DNA from: Octopus sinensis
Lineage: Eukaryota
Direction of reading: 5' to 3'
NCBI RefSeq assembly: GCF_006345805.1
Contig: NC_043011.1
Coordinates: 60,152,464 to 60,216,463, forward strand
Length of the DNA: 64,000 bases
Shown here piece by piece: positions 25,335 to 38,517 of this stretch. Both the position numbers and the translations under genes were made by a program. The notes beneath the pieces were generated by a model. The model searched no databases and had not been told where the DNA came from. It was given only the letters and a program-made list of their open reading frames with translations. The stretch's first letter is position 1. Each line of letters opens with the position of its first letter.

Positions 25335-27796
25335 AATTTTCTGTTTAACATTTATTTATGTCTCATTTTTATTCATTGTCATCACCATCATTTAACCCCA
25401 GGACAATGGTTTTTATCAGGCAACTAGGTTGCACTGATAGTAATCATCTCGGCTGAGATCAGCAATTAGTGCACAACAAGGTTCCAGCATATATTTACGT
25501 CAACCACTTTAAAGCAAGCACTGCTTATTTATGTAAACAGTTATTGCAAGGACCATAAATTCAACGAAACTGGCATGGCTGGATGTGACTGTAAATTCCG
25601 TGAAGGACCAGAAGAATTTGCTGAACATGTAGGAATTTGATAGGAACTCATAGTGGAAATGATGGTGTAACAGCCAAAATGGCAGCTTTTATACTATTAT
25701 GGTGATGAAGTCTTGAACTGAGTTGGAAATATTTATATGAACAGTTTCACAAACCTATCAGATTCCTTATAATTTGCACAGTGGCCTCTATTATCGATTC
25801 TGTGAGTGATAGCAGATATTTACATCAACCGAGTCACAAACAGGTACAAAACCTCAGCAGGTAGGGCTGGGTATATTTTTATGATCTGATTCAAAGCAAG
25901 TACACAACGCATGTGAATATATGTCAACCAATGTTACAGGGTTAATGTTGACTTTTGTATACTTGAAAGGGGCATAAGGAATTTGTTGAAGTATATTTTC
26001 TATGGTTGGATGCCCTTCTTGTTGCTAAGCCTCACCTATTTCCAAGCAAGGTGACATCTCCTCATGGTCTGACATGTTTTTCATGGAAGACTAGAAACAA
26101 ACGACCTCACGTGTATGACAGTGATGCTCATTTACAATCATCACAGGATGTCAAGACAGGAGTACACATTAACATACACATGCCACATGTACATTCATGC
26201 ACACACACAAACACTAACATACATTCATGCATGCACACACACACACAAGCATGATGGGCTTGTTTCACTTTCTGTCTTTCAAATCCATTCACAAGGCTTT
26301 GGTTGGCATGAGGCTATAGTAAAAGATACTTGCCCAAGGTGCTGCAAAATGAGACTACGCCCATGACCACAGGACTGAGAAGCAAGCTTCCCAGCCACAT
26401 AGCAACCCCTAAGCCTATTTCTAAATTTAAACCCTTGTCTTCTTTAGTTTAAGCCCCAACAAATATCTTACACAGTAATAATACTGTACCAGTTATCCTC
26501 TATACACATATCAGTCCTATTAGTACAAGTGCCTCTCCTACACACATTTGTGACTACTTTTAATGTCCAGCTCTCTTTAAATTTCACTAGTGATTCCAGT
26601 TAAAGTATCATTGAATACCTAATGAAGAGATCACCTTTAATTCAATCCCTTTCTAACCTCTCTATTCTGCATTTAAAGCTGCTAAGCAGAATAATTTCTC
26701 TAATATATTATTCATAACCAGCTCTTTGTAAAGTAGGTAAAAAAAAAACCAAAAAAACCCACCCCCATCACTTCCCTGTGCATCTCTTTTTCTTCCAAAA
26801 TATTTATATGCAACACTAATTGTTCCACTAATTTCCAATTCATAACAAGCTGTACGAACAATCAGAGATATAAATTCAAGGACAAGGATAATTATTTCTC
26901 AATCTTAGATACATTCAAAGCAGTCATGGGCAACTTACACAGAACTTCCTGAATGGTATGCCTAATGAAAAATTACATTGCAATTTTTAGTAGTGCAGCC
27001 CACCAGATAATGAGCTATGGTTCATGTGACCTGCTTCTCAAAAAAGGTTGGCCATGCCTGACGTAAAGTTCTACTTCTCTATAATATCTCTTGGCTGCAT
27101 TCAAGGGATCCCACTGCACTTATTTATTATGATTATTTCTTTTTTTTTTTTGGAGCAGGCATTGCTTACACTCAGTACATGATAGCAAATTTTGAACCCC
27201 ATTTCTATATATTATAGAATGACCACTTGTCAGATTGCACAAGAACTGTATACACACTCTCTCTCTCTCTAACTAAATAGTGATATAAAACTCAAAATCA
27301 CATGGCAACAAAGTGAAATCCAAACCCAAATGGCCGTGACTACTTCATTATTCTTGCAGCAGCAGTTATCAAATGGTATATAGATTCTCCATTAACTAAA
27401 CCGAACATATTTCATCATAAGCAAATAACTAAAATATAATTCAATATTTCAATACATCCAACACTACACTTACTAGACTTTCTGCAATTTCAGTGAGGAC
27501 AGTTACACCTAATATGCTTTCACAGGTTTACTAAACTCCACAGTTATCCTTGTGTCTTGTTTCTTTAGTTATATGTGTGTATATATATATAATAAAAAAA
27601 AGTCCTGTTAGGGAATGTTAACAGATTTTAAGTTACTGAGAAGATTTTTTTTTTTATATTCAGTCACTGATCTGAAGATTCTAGAGAATATATTGTTAAA
27701 ACAATTACAGTTGCCTCATTCTGTATAAAGACTAATCAACTGCTGATTTCATCTTAACATATATATATTATTAAAAAGCAGCAGAAATATCACAAA

Positions 27797-27838
27797 AACT
27801 GTTACTCGGAGTTTCACATTCCTGTTTGTCAGACAGTT
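27797..27838 (-). ncRNA. Mirror hammerhead motif, left arm, probably inactivated (G8 to A)
   Basis: The reverse complement reads AACTGT-CTGACAA-ACAGGAATGT-GAAA-CTC C GAG-TA-ACAGTT. Confidence 0.62.
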
Positions 27839-27880
27839 AACTGTCCGACGAATGGGAATGTGAAACTCTGAGTAACAGTT
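27839..27880 (+). ncRNA. Type I hammerhead ribozyme motif (Penelope-like), right arm of a palindrome
   Basis: AACTGT-CCGACGA-ATG GGAA TGT-GAAA-CTC T GAG-TA-ACAGTT. Stem I is a perfect 6 bp, the core is the CCGANGA variant, stem II is wobble-paired, stem III is short, and the cleavage triplet is GUA. Confidence 0.7.
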
Positions 27881-27982
27881 TTTGTGATATTTCTGCTGCT
27901 TTTTAATAAAGCATATTTTACTCTACCTCTGGTATTCGAGTACTATATTTTACACTTGTTTTGCATTTATGTGCTTACTCTG

Positions 27983-28251
27983 GTATATATATATATACAC
28001 GTACATACACATTCATGTATATACACATATATATACATATGTATATATATATATATATATACACGTACATACACATTCATGTATATACACATATATATAC
28101 ATATGTATATATATATATATATATACACGTACATACACATTCATGTATATACACATATATATACATATGTATGTATATATATATATATATATATATACAC
28201 ATACACACACACATATACATATGTATATACATTTATACATATATATGTTTG

Positions 28252-28283
<32 letters not shown>

Positions 28284-28410
28284 CACACACACATATACAT
28301 ATGTATATACATTTATACATATATATGTTTGTATATATATATATATATGTTTGTATATATATATATATGTTTGCATACATACATGTATGTGTATACACTC
28401 ACACACACAT
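27983..28410. repeat. Compound TA/CA minisatellite with higher-order units
   Basis: Three units of about 64 bp (tacacgtacatacacattcatgt...), two of about 80 bp (cacatacacacacacatatacat...) and three short tgtttgta(ta)n units. Confidence 0.95.
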
Positions 28411-30133
28411 GATCTTTAGCAAGCAGTAACTCACAAAATCATTTAAAGCAATATACAAAATTCATTCTAGCCTTATCTACCATACTCTTTGACTTATTTG
28501 TTGAGCGCATCCTATCACACGACCATCCTGAGTTGCCTTAAAGAAATATTTGCAGTATTAATGAAAGCCAGTGCATTTAGCCAATGAGATTATGATCCTA
28601 TTTGTCTATCGTCCAACTCCTATGAAAGCCAGAGAAATATAATCAATCACTGATTTCAAGCTAACATGTCATTATTTATTCAGTTACTGTTAAAATGTTT
28701 TCTAGTGGCCCAGATCTAATCATGATTGGTTCCTACAACGTTCATTCATCCAATAATTTTTTGTATTATTTTACTCTTAAAACAAACACCAAGTAATTTT
28801 TTCCGAGATATCGAAACTTAAAATTTATAGGAAGAAATGGATAAGTATTTTTTCATTACTGAAGGGATTATCAATATGAATAAAGCAGTTCTATCTGGCA
28901 AGTGAAACAAGATTATAGATTAATTTTAATAAACACCGGCTGATATTTTCATTCAAACCATACAATCAAATTCATATCGCTAAAAATATCAACCCGAAAC
29001 TCAATATAGTGTCGATTTGTTACATTATTTTATATTTTGTTACAAACAATATTCTTCATATTCCATAATTAGCTGACATAGCAAAAATTGATTTTTGGGA
29101 AAAAAGACAAAAAGTTTGCTTTTTGAACTCTTTTGAAGAGACTATACTCACTGATCTCACTAACAAATAGCTCTTGTATGTCAGTACATGCTACGTATTT
29201 TTTTTGTAAATAAAGGGAATCAGGGGAAACTGACAATAGCCCACATCAGCAAGTACTACGTGTGTAAAGTTTAAATAGTGGGATAAAATAAATATTTTAT
29301 TCCGTGATAATGGTTTCAAATTTGGGCACAAAGCCAATAATTTCAGGTTTGGGGGTGGGGACTAGTCGATTACCTCTACTTCAGTATTCAACTGGTATTT
29401 TATCAACCCCGAAAATGCGAATAGTAAAGTCTACCCCAGTAGTATTTGAACTATGGAACTTAAAGTCAGAGCAAGTGTTGCCAAGAGTTTTGCTTGGTAA
29501 TGATTCTGCCAGTTTGCAGCTTCATTTATTCTGCAATAAAAAAAAAATAAAGAAGTCTGACTGAATGGGAAGCAGAACCTTTCAAAAGTAAGACAGATGA
29601 AAAGCTTATCAGAAAATATTCTGTCTCACTTTGAGCCTTTTGCCTCATATGTTAAACTTTTCCTCTTCCTTACATCAAAATAATTTATACAATCATTTGT
29701 CCCAGACCTTTGTGTTCTGAGTTCAAATCTTGCCATAGCCTACTTGGGTAGCAGACTCAGCTTGTTGCTTGACTAAGCACCACCACCTGGCACTTTGAAT
29801 GTTTTTTGTGAAGCCCACCCTGTTGCAGACATTTAGGCAAAGGTTTTCAGTTTGGGAACACCCACCTCCCTCTTAGCTACTAGTCTTGGAGACCTTGTAA
29901 AGGGTCATGAACACTGCTTTTCCTCATAGCTAAAATAAAAACAGAATAAAAGCTTTTCCTCAAAAACAATTTTATGCTACATTTGTATTGCTATATTTGT
30001 GTTTGTCTTTTGTCCTAAGACAGCCCCGACAAAGCCTCTCTTTGATCCAAAGTATTCCAACCACGAAAATTTACCCTTTTTTCCTCAGACAGTTAAGTGT
30101 CTACAATGACATTATCTAATCTTTTCTGCAATC

Positions 30134-30515
30134 TTTTACTTGTTTCAGTCATTAGACTGCGGCCATGCTGGAGCACCACATTGAAAAATGTTTTAGTTGA
30201 ATGTATTACTGATCCTAGTACTTACAATTTTTCAAACCTGGAACTTATTCTATCAATCTATTTTGCTGAACCGCTAAAGTACAGGGACATAAACACACCA
30301 AAACCGGTTGTCAAGCAGGGAAACAAACACAGACACAAACAAACACACACGTGATGGGTTTCTTTCAGTTTCCATCTACCAAATTCACTCACAAGGCTTT
30401 AGTTGACCCAAGGCTACAGTAGAAGACAAATGGACAACGTGACAACACAGTAGGACTGAACCCAGAGCCATGTGGTTGAGAAGCAATCTTCTCACCACAC
30501 AACCATGCCCACACC
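30134..30515 (-). mobile_element. tRNA-derived SINE, family A
   Basis: Full length, diverged. Confidence 0.82.
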
Positions 30516-32768
30516 ATCTAATATGTCCTTTTTCTATTTTACTTTAGGCAGAGTATGTGATTTGTAGCAGACTTTATTGCTACTCAAGTAAATAAAGCGA
30601 TCACATAGAGATTCCCTTGTTGATAATTATTTCATTGTTTCAGTGTTGTCAAGTAGAATGAAGCCAAGGATGTGATGCTAGTTGTGTGATCAATGCTTAA
30701 TTTAGTGATAACACGTTTAATATCTAATCAACAAATTAGACTAGGATAGTTTCCTCCAGACACACTAATTCCTGATTGATTGTAAGATGACAAAACCATC
30801 ATTAAGGTTTATGGGATATTTTCATTGTCTAACACAAAAGTATTCACTTTGAATCATCAAATGAGCTAACTATGTGGAGCCACATGGCCTAGTATTTAGG
30901 GCAGCGGAGTTGTGGTCGAGGGATCATGGGTTCGAATCTCAGACTGGGTGATGTGTGTGTTTATGAGCGAAACACCAAAGCTCCATGCAGCTCTGGCAGA
31001 AGGTAATGGCGAACTTCTGCTGACTCTTTCGCCACAACTTTCTCTCTCTCTCTATACTCCTGCATCTTGCAGCTCACCTGCGATGGACCAGCATCCCGTC
31101 TAGGTGGGGAACCTTATGAGCCAGGCGTGGCTTGAGAAGGAACAAACTATGTGTTTGTCTGACTTGCTAGAAAAAAGTAACCAAATGTCTTTCAATTCAA
31201 AGCCTACCATCTTAGAAAAGTAAGGACATATTGAGTAATATAGTACTTTAGACACTATGTTTGATGAAAAGATTGGATGGTTGTGGCAGGAAAATATTTG
31301 CATATTGGTCGGTTAACTAAAAGATGACCTAGGGCTAAACAGTAACAAAGGATTTCAAAGTTTTTATCCAATTAAACACAACTCAGTCAGGTTTTATAAT
31401 CTTGTAAGTTGCATGGCGACCATACTAGTACTGGTATCATAAAACAGTACCCAGAAAAGGAAGGTCTAGAGAGGGCATGGGGCAAAACTATGCGACCTTC
31501 CCCTCCATCGGTCAGCTAAAGCTTAGATTGTGTCATGTGATAATTAGCTGGAACTGGCTGCTGGAGCCTACTGGTGAGTATATAAAGGGAAAATTGACAG
31601 GATAGTCATTTGCCATCTGATATTTGTTGATGCTGCATTGAAGAAACTAAAGAACAAAAGGCCCCCCAAAATGGTAAAAAACAGACCCAACACCAGAGCT
31701 GAAGATGCCTCCAAAAGTGGGGGCCCAGCCATGTTGAAAATGGTAGATGAGTAGGGGCTGAAAACGAACATGATTCCTTCTGATGATGTCCTTAGCCACT
31801 GGATCCTATAAAGGAGCTGTTGAGGCAACAAACCACAAAAAACATAGTTGGAATTCCTCTGTAGAGTGGTTGACAGTAGGAAGAGCCCCTAACCATTAAA
31901 ACTATGCTAAGGCAGACACAGTGGAGCTTGGCAGTGCAGTCTTCTGGCTTGCTGGACACTGCCAAAGAGTCCAGCAGGAGAGGTGTACATTGAGGATGAT
32001 GATATTATGATCAGCCATTGAGGCTGGTGAGTCAGCAATGACAAAGTATGAGATCAGGAAAGGAAAAAGAAAAAAAAAAGGATGAAGGCAAATCACTAGA
32101 CAGACCACATTTGATTTCAAGTAATGTGTATGTGAATACCAAATCTGTCAGGGTTCAGTAGTATTTTAACACTAAATAGTTTTAGCATGCCTCATGCAAT
32201 GTAATATACAACCCTTCTGGAACAATAAGGTAAACATCCATATTTTTAATGTACTGTCATCGAAAACAGATGAAGCCTAACTATTATTGATAAACAAATA
32301 TTAATCACTTGTCTGTATATCTTTAGCATAAGCAATGAAGGACTCTGAGAGTAGTGATGTTAATCTGTTTGTTTTTTCTTTTATCTTAATAAATACAAAT
32401 ATAATCTATTAAATTAACTTCAATTCATAAAGTTCTCCTTTATCTTCGCCATTGTTCTTTAACTATTTGCATTATTTCAAAGCGTATTCATACATAGAGA
32501 GTGAAAATATTATTGGTTATTTATAAATCCTTAATGAGAGAAATGTCTCTAAATATTGAATAAAAAGGTGAATGTCCCTAAATAGAAAGGCTTGATATGC
32601 TGAAGATAACATTTAATAAAATATAAATTGCTATTTTTATTTCATAAAAAAAAAATAACCTTTGCCCTTTAAAGATGACATTTTTTCCAAAAACATATCT
32701 AGAGAAAATTTTTAAATATATCTTTGAAGTGGGTTATCCAAACAGAGAAAAAACACAAAATAACTGAT

Positions 32769-33186
32769 TTACTCTTTACTCTTTTTACTGGTTTCAGTCA
32801 TTTGACTGCGGCCATGCTGGAGCACTGCCTTTAATCGAGCAACTTGACCCTGGGACTTATTCTTTGTAAGCCCAGTACTTATTCTATCAGTTTCTTTGCC
32901 GAACCGCTAAGTGACGGGGATGTAAACACACCAGCATTGGTTGTCAAGCAATGCTAGGGGGACAAACACAGACACACAAACATACACACACATACATATA
33001 TATATATATATACATATATACGACAGGCTTTTTTCAGTTTCCGTCTACCAAATCCACTCACAAGGCATTGGTCGGCCCGAGGCTATAGCAGAAGACACTT
33101 GCCCAAGATGCCACGCAGTGGGACTGAACCCGGAACCATGTGGTTGGTAAGCAAGCTACTTACCACACAGCCACTCCTGCGCCTAT
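32769..33186 (-). mobile_element. tRNA-derived SINE, family A (young)
   Basis: Full length, with the tail tactctttactc. Confidence 0.92.
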
Positions 33187-33556
33187 TTGTTTCTGATTTT
33201 TTTAAAAAAAGGTTTAATAAAAAATATACCAAGATATGTTTTGCACATAATGTTCCAAGGTCAACTTTGCTATTCATCGTTTTGTGGTTGATTAAAAAAA
33301 AGTACCACTCTATGACAGTGGATTAACAGAATTGTAAGAATGTCTGAGTGGTTAGCTTGCAGTATTTGTCCTAGATGTTTGTGTTCTGAGTTCAAATCCT
33401 GCCATAGCCTACTTGGGTGGCATACTCAACTTGCTGCCTGACTTAGCACCACCAGGTGGCATTCTGAATGCCTTTTGTGAAGGTTTATCCAGTTTGGAAA
33501 TACCCACCTCCCTTCTACCCACTAATCTTGGAAACACTGTAAAGGGTCACAAGCAC

Positions 33557-33798
33557 TGTCAAATGATGATGATGATGTACCTATGTATATCTGATTGAGT
33601 CTCCTTGTCTTGACTTAATGTGATAATTGTTAACAAGTGTCACCGTCATACGAATGATGATGTACATTTTCAGTCGTCCTTAAAAACAGGTCTGGTCACA
33701 ATGAATTATTATTTTGCTTGGAAATAGATGAGATTTGGTGAGTGGAAGGGAAGGCATCCAGCTGTGAAAAACCAGCTTCAACAAATTCTGTCTGACCC
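33557..33798 (+). repeat. Recent local duplicate of 35655-35893
   Basis: 5 substitutions and one ATG-unit indel over about 240 bp by manual alignment. Confidence 0.93.
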
Positions 33799-36544
33799 TT
33801 GGCTATAAGATAAAAAAACCCAAAAAAACTAAACTGGCTTTCCTTCTAAAAAAAATGTGATGCAATATTACCTGAAACTTCTCCCTTGTATTCGATAAAG
33901 GATTGAACTCTTAATCACTGATTCACTGTAACTCTTCAAAGTGGTAGGAATTATTTTGTACATTATTTGAGAGATATGAGTCAATTTTATAGCATGTCAT
34001 AGCATGGGAAATATAATGCAAAGTCTATAGGTGGGTGGAGTGTCATCGTGCATCTTGTGGAAGATGAACAAATGAATTTCACAAAAGAAGTTAGTGAAAT
34101 GCATCAATTTGTTTATTATTAATAATTGGTTTTATGAAAAGCTCAGCATTTGCAATATAATGTAGATGTGAACTACCTACTACGTAAAAGGTTCTTGACT
34201 ATACAAATACAGTTCTAAAGATGTTGTTATCTAAAACATTATATTAACAACAACAAAAATATAAATAAATAGCTTTCAGTTAATACTGCTAATCTGTCTA
34301 AAAATAGCTACTCTTCAAAATTAATTTCTTAATGGAATAAAAAGAAGCTTTCATAAAAATCTGGTTGTAGTTAGGTAAATCATTTTCGAATACGTTATAA
34401 AAGCAGAAAAACCTGATGTGTAACATAACAATACAGACATTAAGAACATCTTCTACATAAACATATATCTGTGTAACTGATATTAATAAGTATCAAATAC
34501 ATATGTTTAAATCAATTTTCTATTTTTAGTTTCGTACCCAAGAGTAATTCCGTTTATGAAATAAAAAGATTTGTGATAAAATGATAAAAGCACTTTTTAA
34601 ATGAAATAAGACATTAAAAGAAAGACAAAAGAAAAAGAAACAAAAAGTAAGTGGTTTTGTCATTTTTGAAAATAAATGTAAATCAAGAGAAACTTATTAT
34701 GTAAAGAAATTGAAAGATCTTTCATTTCAGTAGTTTTTCTTTCATGAATTGAGACAAACTACTGCTATTTATGGAATCCAGTTATTTTTAGTCTATATCA
34801 CAGTAAATAGAGATATGTGTGATAACATATTCATTCATGTACTCAATCTTTACTGAATGAATATCTTCCTTTCTTTCAAACAAAAACAAAACAAAATGAG
34901 ATTAGAATGATGATGATGATGATGATGATTTCAAATTTTGGCACTAGGCCAGCAATTTGGGGTGAGGAGGGGTTAAGTTGATTACATCGATCACAGTGTA
35001 CAACTGGTAACTTATTTTATGGAACCTGAAAGGATAAAAGGCAAAGTCAACCTCAGTGGAACTTGAACTCAGAATGTAAAGGTGGGTGAAATGCAGTCAA
35101 GCATTTTGTCTGGCATTCCAACAATTTTATCAGCTTGCCGCCTTGTTGTTGTTGTTGTTGTTGTTGATGATGATGATGATTATCAAATCAAATAAAAAAA
35201 AATCTCTATGGCAAATATTCCATCATGTATTGTAGTGTTGTTATTTTAAAGTAAACTCCGAGTTGGGTTTGTCTTGATCCCTAGGACTCATATGGCTGGA
35301 GGGAGCTGAACCCACTTTTCATAGCATATAAGTAACTGAGATTACAACAGTCCATTGCAGGTTTAACTTGTTGTCTATTGCTGGAACAACCCATTTGCAG
35401 TTGAGTGAAGTGTGGAGCAATGTTTTGAAATGAAATTAAATGTTTTGCTCGAGAACATTATGTGGTGCCCGATCGAGAAATCAAAGCCATCATCTTAGAT
35501 CAAGAGACAAAGCTGACCACAACAGGATTCCGAAGTCAGAGTAAAAAGAGCCACACAGAAGAAATACCACAAAACAGACAACTGGAGCCAGGTGCAGCCC
35601 TCATGAATGCCAGCTCCTATCAAACTGTCCAACTCAAGCCAGATGGAAAACAGATGTCAAATGATGATGATGTACCTATGTACATCTGATTGAGTCTCCT
35701 TGTCTTGACTTAATGTGATAATTGTTAACAAGTGTCACCGTCATACGAATGATGATGTACATTTTCAGTCGTCCTTAAAAACATGTCTGATCACAATAAA
35801 TTATTATTTTGCTTGGAAACAGATGAGATTTGGTGAGTGGAAGGGAAGGCATCCAGCTGTGAAAAACCAGCTTCAACAAATTCTGTCTGACCCATGCAAG
35901 CATGGAAAACTGGACATTAAGAAACAGTAATGGTGAATAGGTAAGTGTGCATAATATGTATTTAGAGGTAAGTGGAATAATAATACAAAGTAATGTTTAT
36001 CTCCACATCACTATGGCTGTTTGATGTTACTACTGTTTAACCCCAGGCAGAGCCTCTGCCAGCTGTTTATTGGTGCCATCAGCACCTGGTGGGGCAAACC
36101 CCAACCATCTTCTAGTGGACAACAAGATCAGCAGACTGAATGGTCTCAGGCTATTTATGCCTATCTTCAGTGGTGAACATCTGATTGCTAGAGATAGCAG
36201 GAATTCACTCCAGCATGCAATATACAGAAAACTAAATGATAATCAGTCACTGATTTTGCAACAAGCAAAGTAGCCAATTAGAAAATCTCTGTAAGAGATG
36301 AAAGTAGTAACTATACTGAGAAGTAATGTTTATTGCCACATCAATATGGCTGCTCGATGTTACTACCATTTAACCCCAGGCAGAGCCTCTGTCAGCTGGT
36401 TATCTGAGCAATCTGCATTCAGTATATATTGCAAGCAGGTATAATAATAAATTTGTCAAACAAAAAAGAAGAAAAAAATAGAAACTAGTGGGAATGTGGC
36501 AATTGGCCACATTACTCCTGTTACTAAGAAGGTGCTCTGTATAA

Positions 36545-37350
36545 TATCAGTGAAAGACTTGAGCCAATTGTGGATGCTGAGAAAAAGAGGGTTCAGGAAA
36601 GATGGAGAATGGGACAATCAAATTTACTTCAATCTCTGTTATGCAACAATCAAATAAAATCCATTCAACAAGGGTCCTATATATCATCAATTTTGACAAA
36701 AAGGATAAAGCATTTGGTAGCTTTTTCCACAAAAATCTTAGCTAAAATTATGAAGAAATTTGGTATATCCCAGTGATACACGTATATATTCTTGGAAAAT
36801 AAAGAGAGCATCTCTTGTTAAGTAATGATTCGGCGAGTTTAGCATACCTTTCTAAATAAATTCAAGAATGCTTCAGAACGGTGTGTTATCACCAGTATTT
36901 TTTTCTATTGGTTATTGATTTTGTGATGAGAAAAATATTGGACAGAGGAAATTATGGGATAGACTGTGTTAGTAGAAGAAAATTATGTGACTTGGATTGT
37001 GTTGATGACAGTAATTATGGAACAGATGCAGGAAATTCTAAATAGCTCAGTTACTGAAGAGGGAAAAAGGTAAAGGTTGGGTTGGCACTTATTAAAAATG
37101 GAAGACAGGTAATGAGAGTCTAGAATAACAAATGCCTTTATTGCCAAATAATATGAGAAAGGATTGGAGCAACAGAGAACTATAATTATTTCGACACAAC
37201 TGTAACTAATAATGGTTCCTTTCCAAGAAAATTTCTAGAGGCTAAAGAGGTTCAAACAAGCAATGGCAATATTGAAACTAGAATGGATTCCAAATATGAT
37301 ATCAGGATATACCAAAATAAAACTTTAGAATTTTATATGACTCTTGTATG
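36545..37350 (+). mobile_element. Degenerate RTE-clade LINE reverse transcriptase fragment
   Basis: With frameshifts it reads QNGVLSPVFF/LLVIDFVMRKILDRGNYGIDCVSRRKLCDLDCVDD, resembling the RQGCVLSP and DLDFADD RT motifs. Multiple stops. Confidence 0.75.
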
Positions 37351-37664
37351 AACTACTTTCATTTTGCACATTCATCGGAGTAGAGCATAGTAAGTACTGA
37401 TGTCTAACTCTTAACTTCTGAAGACTGCGTGGTTAAGAAGTTTGTTTCTGAGTCATACAGTTTTGGGATCAGCCCCACTGTGAGGTATCTTGGGCAGGTG
37501 TTTCTTACTATAGCCTTAAGCTAACCAAGGCCTCAGGTGTGCTGGTAAAAAGTATCTGTGCTGGTGCAATGTAAAAAGCATCTAGTACACTCTGTAAAAT
37601 GGATGGCATTAGGAAGGGCATCCAGCCATAGAAACTTTACCAAAACTGACAGACAAATGGAGCC

Positions 37665-37830
37665 CAGGGCCGGCTCTAGGGTTGCTGGCACCCCGGGCAA
37701 GTTGAACTTCGGTGTGTACAAGCTGATAGTTGTGGAAATTTCATTATCTTTGTCATGCCCTCCTTGGCACTCCTTAGCACATGGTGCCCTAGGCAACTGC
37801 CCTAGTTGCCAGTTCCTTGAGCCGGCCCTG
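37665..37830. mobile_element. hAT-type MITE (166 bp) nested in an RTE-tail element
   Basis: TIRs CAGGGCCGGCTC(T/A)AGG. The 8-bp TSD is ATGGAGCC/TTGGAGCC (7 of 8 match). Confidence 0.88.
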
Positions 37831-38284
37831 TTGGAGCCTGGTGCAACTTCTATCGACCAGTTCAAACCATGCCAGTATGGGAAATGGATGTTAGATGATG
37901 ATGATGATGACATATGTGTAAATGTGTATCTCCTTATCTTGACATTGTGTGATAGTCATAAGGGAGGGTCACCATCATTCAAATAGTGTCATGTTTCCAG
38001 TCTCTCACAAAAACATGTCCAGCCAAGAGAAAATATCACCTTACCTGAAAACAGGTGAGGGTTAGCAACAAGAAAGGCATCTAAGCTCAGAAATCTTATT
38101 GAGCCATATAAATATGAAAAAATGGGAATGAAAACGAAGAGGATGATGCTGTAGCTTAGTCAGATGTTGTAAATATTTTAGTTATATTATCAAAATAGAG
38201 ATAAATGAGCCATGTGCTCAGAGGCAAATTTTCAGCATGACAACCTGTGGGAAGAAGAAAACCCAGTAGAATAAGAGAATGAAG

Positions 38285-38517
38285 AAGGCTGCGAGCTGGC
38301 AGAATTGTTAGCATGCAGGGCGAAATGCTCAGCGGTATTTCGTGTGCCACTACGTTCTGAGTTCAAATTCTGCCAAGGTCGATTTTGCCCTTCATCCTTT
38401 CGGGGTCGATTAAATAAGTACCAGTTAAGCACTGGGGTCGATGTAATTGACTTAATCCGTTTGTCTGTCCTTGTTTGTCCTCTCTGTATTTAGCCCCTTG
38501 TGGGTAGTAAAGAAATA
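38285..38517 (+). mobile_element. tRNA-derived SINE, family B
   Basis: Near-complete match to 5713-5943. Confidence 0.9.

Larger units (their letters stand above)
27768..27909. repeat. Spacerless palindrome with 71-bp arms
   Basis: Centre is gacagtt|aactgtc at 27838/27839. The arms differ by 5 mismatches, all transitions at or next to CpG sites. Confidence 0.95.

Noticed and set aside
27884-28429. Several ORFs of 85-181 aa on both strands
   Set aside because: TA/CA satellite with few stop codons.
29055-29085. NFCYVS resembling DGK GDFCYVGE on the minus strand
   Set aside because: Immediate stop, no splice sites, and the wrong position relative to the C1a exon.
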